Shown here: piece by piece, positions 24,122 to 36,100 of the stretch
Position numbering within the stretch: position 1 is the stretch's first letter
How the letters are laid out: each line of letters begins with the position of its first letter
DNA from: the human T2T-CHM13v2.0 reference genome, Homo sapiens
Direction: 5' to 3' (one strand)
DNA length: 64,000 nucleotides
Assembly (NCBI RefSeq): GCF_009914755.1
Contig: NC_060926.1
Program-made: the position numbers and the translations under genes
The notes under the pieces: model-generated
What the model saw: the letters and a program-made list of their open reading frames with translations, nothing else
Told to the model about the DNA's origin: nothing
The model's database searches: none

Positions 24122-27100
24122 CATTCTCAGAATCTTATTTGTGATGTGCGCCCTCAACTAACAGTGTTGAACCTTTCTTTTGATAGAGCAGTTTTGAAAC
24201 ACACTTTTTGTAAAATCTGCAAGAGGATATTTGGATAGCTTTGAGGATTTCGTTGTAAACGGGATTGTCTTCATATAAACTCTAGACAGAAGCATTCTCA
24301 GAAGCTTCATTGGGATGTTTCAATTGAAGTCACAGTGTTGAACAGTCCCTTTCATAGAGCAGGTTTGAAACACTCTTTTTGTAGTATCTGGAAGTGGACA
24401 TTTGGAGCGCTGTCAGGACTACAGTGAAAAAGGAAATATCTTCCAATAAAAGCTAGATAGAAGCAATGTCAGAAAATTTTTCATGATGTATCTACTCAGC
24501 TAACAGAGTTGAACCTTTCTTTTGAGAGAGCAGTTTTGAAACACTCTTTTTGTGGAATCTGCAAGTGGATATTTGTCTAGCTTTGAGGATTGCGTTGGAA
24601 ACGGGATTACATATAAAAAGCAGACAGCAGCATTCCCAGAAACTTCTTTGTGATATTTGCATTTAAGTTCCAGAGTTGAACATTCCCTTTCATAGAGCAG
24701 GTTTGAAACACTCTTTTTGTAGTATCTGGATGTGGACATTTGGAGCGCTTTCAGGCCTATGGTGAAAAAGGAAATATCTTCCCCTGAAAACTAGACAGAA
24801 GCATTCTGAGAAACTTATTTGTGATGTGCGCCCTCAACTAACAGTGTTGAACCTTTCTTTTGATAGAGCAGTTTTGAAACACTCTTTTTGTAAAATCTGC
24901 AAGAGGATATTTGGATAGCTTTGAGGATTTCGTTGGAAACGGGATTGTCTTCATATAGAATCTAGACAGAAGCATTCTCAGAAGCTTCATTGGGATGTTT
25001 CAATTGAAGTCACAGTGTTGAACAGTCCCTTTCATAGAGCAGGTTTGAAACACTCTTTTTGTAGTATCTGGAAGTGGACATTTGGAGCGTTCTCAGGACT
25101 ACAGTGAAAAAGGAAATATCTTCCAATAAAAGCTAGATAGAATCAATGTCAGAAAATTGTTCATGATGTATCTACTCAGCTAACAGAGTTGAACCTTTCT
25201 TTTGAGAGAGCAGTTTTGAAACACTCTTTTGTGGAATCTGCAAGTGGATATTTGTCTAGCTTTGAGGATTTCGTTGGAAACGGGATTACATATAAAAAGC
25301 AGACAGCAGCATTCCCAGAAACTTCTTTGTGATGTTTGCATTCAAGTCACAGAGTTGAACATTCCCTTTCATAGAGCAGGTTTGAAACACTCTTTTTGTA
25401 GTATCTGGATGTGGACATTTGGAGTGCTTTCAAGCCTATGGTGAAAAAGGAAATATCTTCCCCTGAAAACTAGACAGAAGCATTCTCAGAAACTTATTTG
25501 TGATGTGCGCCCTCAAATAACAGTGTTGAATCTTTCTTTTGATAGAGCAGTTTTGAAACACTCTTTTTGTAAAATCTGCAAGAGGATATTTGGATAGATT
25601 TGAGGATTTCGTTGGAAACGGGATTGTCTTCATATAAAATGTAGACAGAAGCATTCTCAGAAGCTTCATTGGGATGTTTCAATGGAAGTCACAGTGTTGA
25701 TCAGTCCCTTTCATAGAGCAGGTTTGAAACACTCTTTTTGAAGTATCTGGAAGTGGACATTTGGAGCGTTCTCAGGACTACGGTGAAAAAGGAAATATCT
25801 TCCAATAAAAGTTAGATAGAAGCAATCTCAGAAACTTTTTCATGATGTATCAACTCAGCTAACAGAGTTGAACCTTTCTTTTGAGAGAGCCGTTTTGAAA
25901 CACTCTTTTTGTGGAATCTGCAAGTGGATATTTGTTTAGTTTGAGGATTTCGTTGGAAACGGGATTAGATATAAAAAGCAGACAGCAGCATTCCCAGAAA
26001 CTTCTTTGTGATGTTTGCATTCAAGTCACAGAGTTGAACATTCCCTTTCATAGAGCAGGTTTGAAACACTCTTTTTGTAGTATCTGGATTTGGACATTTG
26101 GAGCGCTTTCAGGCCTATGGTGAAAAAGGAAATATCTTCCACTGAAAACTAGGCAGAAGTATTCTCTGAAACTTATTTGTGATGTGCGCCCTCAACTAAC
26201 AGTGTTGAAGCTTTCTTTTGATAGAGCAGTTTTGAAACATTCTTTTTGTAAAATCTGCTAGAGGATATTTGGATAGCTTTGAGGATTTCGTTGGAAACGG
26301 GATTGTCTTCATATTAACCCTAGACAGTAGCATTCTCAGAAGCTTCATTGGGATGTTTCAATTGAAGTCACTGTGTTGAACAGTCCCTTTCATAGAGCAG
26401 GTTTGAAACACTCTTTTTGTAGCATCTGGAAGTGGACATTTGGAGCGTTCTCAGGACTACGGTGAACAAGGAAATATCTTCCAATAAAAGCTAGATAGAA
26501 GCAATATGAGAAACTTCTTCATGATGTATCTACTCAGCTAAAAGAGTTGAACCTTTCTTTTGAGAGAGCAGTTTTGAAACACTCTTTTTGTGGAATCTGC
26601 AAATGGATATTTGTCTAGCTTTGAGGATTTCGTTGGAAACAGGATTACATATAAAAAGCAGACAGCAGCATTCCCAGAAAGATCTTTGTGAAATTTGCAT
26701 TGAAGTCACAGAGTTGAACATTCCCTTTCATAGAGCAGGTTTGAAACACTCTTTTTGTAGTATCTGGATGTGGAGATTTGGAGCGCTTTCAAGCCTATGG
26801 TGAAAAAGGAAATATCTTCCCCTGAAAACTAGACAGAAGCATTCTCAGAAACTTATTTGTGATGTGCGCCCTCAACTAACAGTGTTGAACCTTTCTTTTG
26901 ATAGAGCAGTTTTGAAACACTCTTTTTGTAAAATCTGCAAGAGGATATTTGGATAGCTTTGAGGATTTCGGTGGAAATGGGATTGTCTTCATATAAACTC
27001 TAGACAGTAGCATTCTCAGAAGCTTCATTGGGATGTTTCCATTGAAGTCACAGTGTTGAACTTTCCCTTTCATAGAGCAGGTTTGAAACACTCTTTTTGT

Positions 27101-30100
27101 AGTATCTGGAAGTGGACATTTGGAGCGCTCTCAGGACTACGGTGAAAAAGGAAATATCTTCCAATAAAAGCTAGATAGAAGCAATGTCAGAAACTTTTTC
27201 ATGATGTATCTACTCAGCTAACAGAGTTGAATATTTTTTTTGAGAGAGCAGTTTTGAAACACTCTTTTTGTGGCATCTGCAGGTGGATATTTGTCTAGCT
27301 TTCAGGATTTCGTTGGAAACGGGATTACATAAAAAAACAGACAGCAGCATTCCCAGAAACTTCTTTGTGATATTTGCATTCAAGTTCCAGAGTTGAACAT
27401 TCCCTTTCATAGAGTAGGTTTGAAACACTCTTTTTGTAGTATCTGGATGTGGACATTTGGAGCGCTTTCAGGCCTATGGTGAAAAAGGAAATATCTTCCC
27501 CTGAAAACTAGACAGAAGCATTCTCAGAAACTTATTTGTGATGTGCGCCCTCAACTAACAGTGTTAAACGTTTCTTTTGATAGAGTAGTTTTGAAACACT
27601 CTTTTTGTAAAATCTGCAAGAGGATATTTGGATAGCTTTGAGGATTTCGTTGGAAACGGGATTGTCTTCATATAAACTCTAGACAGTAGCATTATCAGAA
27701 GCTTCATTGGGATGTTTCAACTGAAGTCACAGTGTTGAACAGTCCCTTTCATAGAGCAGGTTTGAAACACTCTTTTTGTAGTATCTGGAAGTGGACATTT
27801 GGAGCGCTGTCAGGACTACAGTGAAAAAGGAAATATCTTCCAATAAAAGCTAGATAGAAGCAATGTCAGAAAATTTTTCATGATGTATCTACTCAGCTAA
27901 CAGAGTTGAACCTTTCTTTTGAGAGAGCAGTTTTGAAACACTCTTTTTGTGGAATCTGCAAGTGCATATTTGTCTAGCTTTGAGGATTGCGTTGGAAACG
28001 GGATTACATATAAAAAGCAGACAGCAGCATTCCCAGAAACTTCTTTGTGATATTTGCATTCAAGTTCCAGAGTTGAACATTCCCTTTCATAGAGTAGGTT
28101 TGAAACACTCTTTTTGTAGTATCTGGATGTGGACATTTGGAGCGCTTTCAGGCCTATGGTGAAAAAGGAAATATCTTCCCCTGAAAACTAGACAGAAGCA
28201 TTCTCAGAAACTTATTTGTGATGTGCGCCCTCAACTAACAGTGTTAAACCTTTCTTTTGATAGAGTAGTTTTGAAACACTCTTTTTGTAAAATCTGCAAG
28301 AGGATATTTGGATAGCTTTGAGGATTTCGTTGGAAACGGGATTGTCTTCATATAAAATCTAGACAGAAGCATTCTCAGAAGCTTCATTGGGATGTTTCAA
28401 TTGAAGTCACAATGTTGAACAGTCCCTTTCATAGAGCAGGTTTGAAACACTCTTTTTGTAGTATCTGGAAGTGGACATTTGGAGCGCTCTCAGGACTACG
28501 GTGAAAAAGGAAATATCTTCCAATAAAAGCTAGATAGAAGCAATATCAGAAACTTTTTTATGACGTATCTACTCAGCTAACAGAGTTGAACCTTTGTTTT
28601 GAGAGAGCAGTTTTGAAACACTCTTTTTGTGGAATCTGCAAGTGGATATTTGTCTAGCTTTGAGGATTTCGTTGGAAACGGGATTACATATAAAAAGCAG
28701 ACAGCAGCATTCCCAGAAAGTACTTTGTGATGTTTGCATTCAAGTCACAGAGTTGAACATTCCCTTTCATAGAGCAGGTTTGAAACACTCTTTTTGTAGT
28801 ATCTGGATGTGGACATTTGGAGCGCTTTCAGGCCTATGGTGAAAAAGGTAGTATCTTCCCCTGAAAACTAGACAGAAGCATTCTCAGAAACTTATTTGTG
28901 ATGTGCGCCCTCAACTAACAGTGTTGAAGCTTTCTTTTGATAGAGCAGTTTTGAGACACTCTTTTTGTACAATCTGCAAGAGGACATTTGGATAGCTTTG
29001 AGGATTTCGTTGGAAACGGGATTGTCTTCATATAAACTCTAGACAGAAGCATTCTCAGAAGCTTCATTGGGATGTTTCAATTGAAGTCACAGTGTTGAAC
29101 AGTCACTTTCATAGAGTAGGTTTGAAACACTCTTTTTGCAGTATCTGGAAGTGGACATTTGGAGAGTTCTCAGGAATATGGTGAAAAAGGAAATATCTTC
29201 CAATAAAAGCTAGATAGAAGCAATGTCAGAAAATTGTTCATGATGTATCTACTCAGCTAACAGAGTTGAACCTTTCTTTTGAGAGAGCAGTTTTGAAACA
29301 CTCTTTTTGTGGAATCTGCAAGTGGATATTTGTCTAGCTTTGAGGATTTCGTTGGAAACGGGATTACATATAAAAAGCAGACAGCAGCATTCCCAGAAAC
29401 TTCTTTGTGATGTTTGCATTGAAGTCACAGAGTTGAACATTCCCTTTCATAGAGCAGGTTTGAAACACTCTTTTTGTAGTATCTGGATGTGGACATTTGG
29501 AGCGCTTTCAAGCCTATGGTGAAAAAGGAAATATCTTCCCCAGAAAACTAGACAGAAGCATTCTCAGAAACTTATTTGTGATGTGCGCCCTCAACTAACA
29601 GTGTTAAACCTTTCTTTTCATAGAGTAGTTTTGAAACACTCTTTTTGTAAAATCTGCAAGAGGATATTTGGATAGCTTTGAGGATTTCGTTGGAAACGGG
29701 ATTGTCTTCATATAAACTCTAGACAGAAGCATTCTCAGAAGCTTCATTGGGATGTTTCAATTGAAGTCACAGTGTTGAACAGTCCCTTTCATAGAGCAGG
29801 TTTGAAACACTCTTTTTGTAGTATCTGGAAGTGGACATTTGGAGCGCTCTCAGGACTACGGTGAAAAAGGAAATATCTTCCAATAAAAGCTAGATAGAAG
29901 CAATATCAGAAACTTTTTTATGACGTATCTACTCAGCTAACAGAGTTGAACCTTTCTTTTGAGAGAGCAGTTTTGAAACACTCTTTTTGTGGAATCTGCA
30001 AGTGGATATTTGTCTAGCTTTGAGGATTGCGTTGGAAACGGGATTACATATAAAAAGCAGACAGCAGCATTCCCAGAAACTACTTTGTGATGTTTGCATT

Positions 30101-33100
30101 CAAGTCACAGAGTTGAACATTCCCTTTCATAGAGCAGGTTTGAAACACTCTTTTTGTAGTATCTGGATGTGGACATTTGGAGCGCTTTCAGGCCTATGGT
30201 GAAAAAGGAAGTATCTTCCCCTGAAAACTAGACAGAAGCATTCTCAGAAACTTATTTGTGATGCGCACCCTCAACTAACAGTGTTGAAGCTTTCTTTTGA
30301 TAGAGCAGTTTTGAAACACTCTTTTTGTAAAATCTGCAAGAGGATATTTGGATAGCTTTGAGGATTTCGGTGGAAATGGGATTGTCTTCATATAAACTCT
30401 AGACAGTAGCATTCTCAGAAGCTTCATTGGGATGTTTCAATTGAAGTCACAGTGTTGAACAGTCCCTTTCATAGAGCAGGTTTGAAACACTCTTTTTGTA
30501 GCATCTGGAAGTGGACATTTGGAGCGCTCTCAGGGCTACGGTGAAAAAGGAAATATCTTCCAATAAAAGCTAGATAGAAGCAATGTGAGAAACTTTTTCA
30601 TGATGTATGTACTCAGCTAAAAGAGTTGAACCTTTCTTTTGAGAGAGCAGTTTTGAAACACTCTTTTTGTGGAATCTGCAAGTGGATATTTGTCTAGCTT
30701 TGAGGATTTCTTTGGAAACGGGATTACATATAAAAAGCAGACAGCAGCATTCCCAGAAACTTCTTTGTGATGTTTGCATTCAAGTCACAGAGTTGAACAT
30801 TCCCTTTCATAGAGCAGGTTTGAAACACTCTTTTTGTAGTATCTGGATGTGGACATTTGGAGCGCTCTCAGGCCTATGGTGAAAAAGGAAATATCTTCCC
30901 CTGAAAACTAGACAGAAGCATTCTCAGAAACTTATTTGTGATGTGCGCCCTCAACTAACAGTGTTGAACTTTTCTTTTGATAGAGCAGTTTTGAAACACT
31001 CTTTTTGTAAAATCTGCAAGAGGATATTTGGATAGCTTTGAGGATTTCGTTGGAAACGGGATTGTCTTCATATACAATCTAGACAGAAGCATTCTCAGAA
31101 GCTTCATTGGGATGTTTCAATTGAAGTCACAGTGTTGAACAGTCCCTTTCGTAGAGCAGGTTTGAAACACTCTTTTTGTAATATCTGGAAGTGGAGATTT
31201 GGAGCGCTCTCAGGACTACGGTGAAAAAGGAAATATCTTCCAATAAAAGCTAGACAGAAGCAATGTCAGAAACTTTTTCATGATGTATCTACTCAGCTAA
31301 CAGAGTTGAACCTTTTTTTTGAGAGAGCCGTTTTGAAACACTCTTTTTGTTGGATCTGCAGGTGGATATTTGTCTAGCTTTGAGGATTTCGTTGGAAACG
31401 GGATTACATATAAAAAGCAGACAGCAGCATTCCCAGAAACTTCTTTGTGATGTTTGCATTCAAGTCACAGAGTTGAACATTCCCTTTCATAGAGCAGGTT
31501 TGAAACACTCTTTTTGTAGTATCTGGATGTGGACATTTGGAGCGCTCTCAGGCCTATGGTGAAAAAGGAAATATCTTCCCCTGAAAACTAGACAGAAGCA
31601 TTCTCAGAAACTTATTTGTGATGTGCGCCGTCAACTAACAGTGTTGAACCTTTCTTTTGATAGAGTAGTTTTGAAACACTCTTTTTGTAAAATCTGCAAG
31701 AGGATATTTGGATAGCTTTGAGTATTTCGTTGGAAACGGGATTGTCTTCATATAAACTCTAGACAGTAGCATTCTGAGAAGCTTCATTGGGATGTTTCAA
31801 TTGAAGTCACAGTTTTGAACAGTCCCTTTCATAGAGCAGGTTTGAAACACTCTTTTTGTAGCATCTGGAAGTGGACATTTGGAGCGCTCTCAGGACTACG
31901 GTGAAAAAGGAAATATCTTCCAATAAAAGCTAGATAGAAGCAATGTGAGAAACTATTTCATGATGTATCTACTCAGCTAAAAGAGTTGAACCTTTCTTTT
32001 GAGAGAGCAGTTTTGAAACACTCTTTTTGTGGGATCTGCAAGTGGATATTTGTCTAGCTTTGAGGATTTCTTTGGAAACGGGATTACATATAAAAAGCAG
32101 ACAGCAGCATTCCCAGAAACTTCTTTGTGATGTTTGCATTCAAGTCACAGAGTTGAACATTCCCTTTCATAGAGCAGGTTTGAAACACTCTTTTTGTAGT
32201 ATCTGGATGTGGACATTTGGAGCGCTCTCAGGCCTATGGTGAAAAAGGAAATATCTTCCCCTGAAAACTAGACAGAAGCATTCTCAGAAACTTATTTGTG
32301 ATGTGCGCCCTCAACTAACAGTGTTGAACTTTTCTTTTGATAGAGCAGTTTTGAAACACTCTTTTTGTAAAATCTGCAAGAGGATATTTGGATAGCTTTG
32401 AGGATTTCGTTGGAAACGGGATTGTCTTCATATAAAATCTAGACAGAAGCATTCTCAGAATCTTCATTGGGATGTTTCAATTGAAGTCACAGTGTTGAAC
32501 AGTCCCTTTCATAGAGCATGTTTGAAACAATCTTTTTGTAGTATCTGGAAGTGGACATTTGGAGCGCTCTCAGGACTACGGTGAAAAAGGAAATATCTTC
32601 CAAATAAAGCTAGATAGAAGCAATGTCAGAAAATTTTTCATGATGTATCTATTCAGCTAACAGAGTTGAACCTTTCTTTTGACAGAGCAGTTTTGAAACA
32701 CTCTTTTTGTGGAATCTGCAAGTGGATATTTGTCTAGCTTTGAGGATTTCGTTGGAAACGGGATTACATATAAAAAGCAGACAGCAGCATTCCCAGAAAG
32801 TTCTTTGTGAAATTTGCATTCAAGTCACAGAGTTGAACATTCCCTTTCATAGAGCAGGTTTGAAACACTCTTTTTGTAGTATCTGGATGTGGACATTTGG
32901 AGCGCTTTCAGGCCTATGGTGAAAAAGGAAATATCTTCCCCTGAAAACTAGACAGAAGCATTCTCAGAAACTTATTTGTGATGTGCCCCCTCAACTAACA
33001 GTGTTAAACCTTTCTTTTGATAGAGTAGTTTTGAAACACTCTTTTTGTAAAATCTGCAATAGGATATTTGGATATCTTTGAGGATTTCGTTGGAAACGGG

Positions 33101-36100
33101 ATTGTCTTCATATAAACTCTAGACTGAAGCATTCTCAGAAGCTTCATTGGGATGTTTCAATTGAAGTCACAGTGTTGAACAGTCCCTTTCATAAAGCAGG
33201 TTTGAAACACTCTTTTTGTAGTATCTGGAAGTGGACATTTGGATCGCTCTCAGGACTACGGTGAAAAAGGAAATATCTTCCAATAAAAGCTAGATAGAAG
33301 CAATGTCAGAAACTTTTTCATGATGTATCTACTCAGCTAACAGAGTTGAACCTTTCTTTTGACAGAGCAGTTTTGAAACACTCTTTTTGTGGAATCTGCA
33401 AGTGGATATTTGTCTAGCTTTGAGGATTTCGTTGGAAACGGGATTACATATAAAAAGCAGACAGCAGCATTCCCAGAAACTTCTTTGTGATGTTTGCATT
33501 CAAGTCACAGAGTTGAACATTCCCTTTCATAGAGCAGGTTTGAAACACTCTTTTTGTAGTATCTGGATGTGGACATTTGGAGCGCTTTCAGGCCTATGGT
33601 GAAAAAGGTAATATCTTCCCCTGAAAACTAGACAGAAGCATTCTCAGAATCTTATTTCTGATGTGCACCCTCAAGAAACAGTGTTGAAGCTTTCTTTTGA
33701 TAGAGCAGTTTTGAAACCCACTTTTTGTAAAATCTGCAAGAGGATATTTGGATAGCTTTGAGGATTTCGTTGGAAACGGTGTTGTCTTCATATAAACTCT
33801 AGACAGAAGCATTCTCAGAAGCTTTATTGGGATGTTTCAATTGAAGTCACAGTGTTGAACAGTCCCTTTCATAGAGCAGGTTTGAAACACTCTTTTTGTA
33901 GTATCTGGAAGTGGACATTTGGAGCGCTCTCAGGACTACGGTGAAAAAGGAAATATCTTCCAATAAAAGCTAGATAGAAGCAATGTCAGAAACATTTTCA
34001 TCATGTATCTACTCAGCTAACAGAGTTGAACCTTTCTTTTGAGAGAGCAGTTTTGAAACACTCTTTTTGTGGAATCTGCAAATGGATATTTGTCTAGCTT
34101 TAAGGATTTCATTGGAAACGGGATTATATATAAAAAGCAGACAGCAGCATTCCCAGAAACTTCTTTGTGATGTTTGCATTCAAGTCACAGCGTTGAACAT
34201 TCCGTTTCATAGAGCAGGTTTGAAACACTCTTTTTGTAGTATCTGGATGTGGATATTTGGAGTGCTTTCAGGCCTATGGTGAAAAAGGAAATATCTTCCC
34301 CTGAAAACTAGACAGAAGCATTCTCAGAATCTTATTTGTGATGTGCGCCCTCAACTAACAGTGTTGAACTTTTCTTTTGATAGAGCAGTTTTGAAACACT
34401 CTTTTTGTAAAATCTGCAAGAGGATATTTGGATAGCTTTGAGGATTTCGTTGGAAACGGGATTGTCTTCATATAAAATCTAGACAGAAGCATTCTCAGAA
34501 GCTTCATTGGGATGTTTCAATTGAAGTCACAGTGTTGAACAGTCCCTTTCATAGAGCAGGTTTGAAACACTCTTTTTGTAGTATCTGGAAGTGGACATTT
34601 GGAGCGCTCTCAGGACTACGGTGAAAAAGGAAATATCTTCCAATAAAAGCTAGATAGAAGCAATGTCAGAAACTTTTTCATGACGTATCTACTCAGGTAA
34701 CAGAGTTGAACCTTTCTTTTGAGAGAGCAGTTTTGAAACACTCTTTTTGTGGAATCTGCAAGTGGATATTTGTCTAGCTTTGAGGATTTCGTTGGAAACG
34801 GGATTACATATAAAAAGCAGACAGCAGCATTCCCAGAAACTTCTTTGTGATGTTTGCATTCAAGTCACAGAGTTGAACATTCCCTTTCATAGAGCAGGTT
34901 TGAAACACTCTTTTTGTAGTATGTGGATGTGGACATTTGGAGCGCTTTCAGGCCTATGGTGAAAAAGGAAATATCTTCCCCTGAAAACTAGGCAGAAGCA
35001 TTCTCAGAAACTTATTTGTGGTGTGCGCCCTCAACTAACAGTGTTGAAGCTTTCTTTTGATAGAGCAGTTTTGAAACACTCTTTTTGAAAAATCTGCAAG
35101 AGGATATTTGGATAGCTTTGAGGATTTCGTTGGAAACGGGATTGTCTTCATATACAATCTAGACAGAAGCATTCTCAGAAGCTTCATTGGGATGTTTCAA
35201 TTGAAGTCACAGTGTTGAACAGTCCCTTTCGTAGAGCAGGTTTGAAACACTCTTTTTGTAATATCTGGAAGTGGACATTTGGAGCGTTCTCAGGACTACG
35301 GTGAAAAAGGAAATATCTTCCAATAAAAGCTAGATAGAAGTAATGTCAGAAACTTTTTCATGATGTATCTACTCAGCTAACAGAGGTGAACCTTTCTTTT
35401 GAGAGAGCCGTTTTGAAACACTCTTTTTGTTGGATCTGCAGGTGGATATTTGTCTAGGTTTGAGGATTTCGTTGGAAACGGGATTACATATAAAAAGCAG
35501 ACAGCAGCATTCCCAGAAACTTCTTTGTGATGTTTGCATTCAAGTCACAGAGTTGAACATTCCCTTTCATAGAGCAGGTTTGAAACACTCTTTTTGTAGT
35601 ATCTGGATGTGGACATTTGGAGCGCTCTGAGGCCTATGGTGAAAAAGGAAATATCTTCCCCTGCAAACTAGACAGAAGCATTCTCAGAAACTTATTTGTG
35701 ATGTGCGCCCTCAACTAACAATGTTGAACCTTTCTTTTGATAGAGTAGTTTTGAAACACTCTTTTTGTAAAATCTGCAAGAGGATATTTGGATAGCATTG
35801 AGGATTTCGTTGGAAACGGGATTGTCTTCATATAAACTCTAGACAGTAGCATTCTGATAAGCTTCATTGGGATGTTTCAACTGAAGTCACAGTGTTGAAC
35901 AGTCACTTTCATAGAGCAGGTTTGAAACACTCTTTTTGTAGCATCTGGAAGTGGACATTTGGAGCGCTCTCAGGACTACGGTGAAAAAGGAAATATCTTC
36001 CAATAAAAGCTAGATAGAAGAAATGTGAGAAAGTTTTTCATGATGTATCTACTCAGCTAAAAGAGTTGAACCTTTCTTTTGAGAGAGCAGTTTTGAAACA

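Noticed and set aside
25225-27345. Singleton 1-bp deletions (~25230 T-run, ~27330 A-run)
   Set aside because: They are unshared homopolymer indels that cannot be distinguished from sequencing or consensus error.
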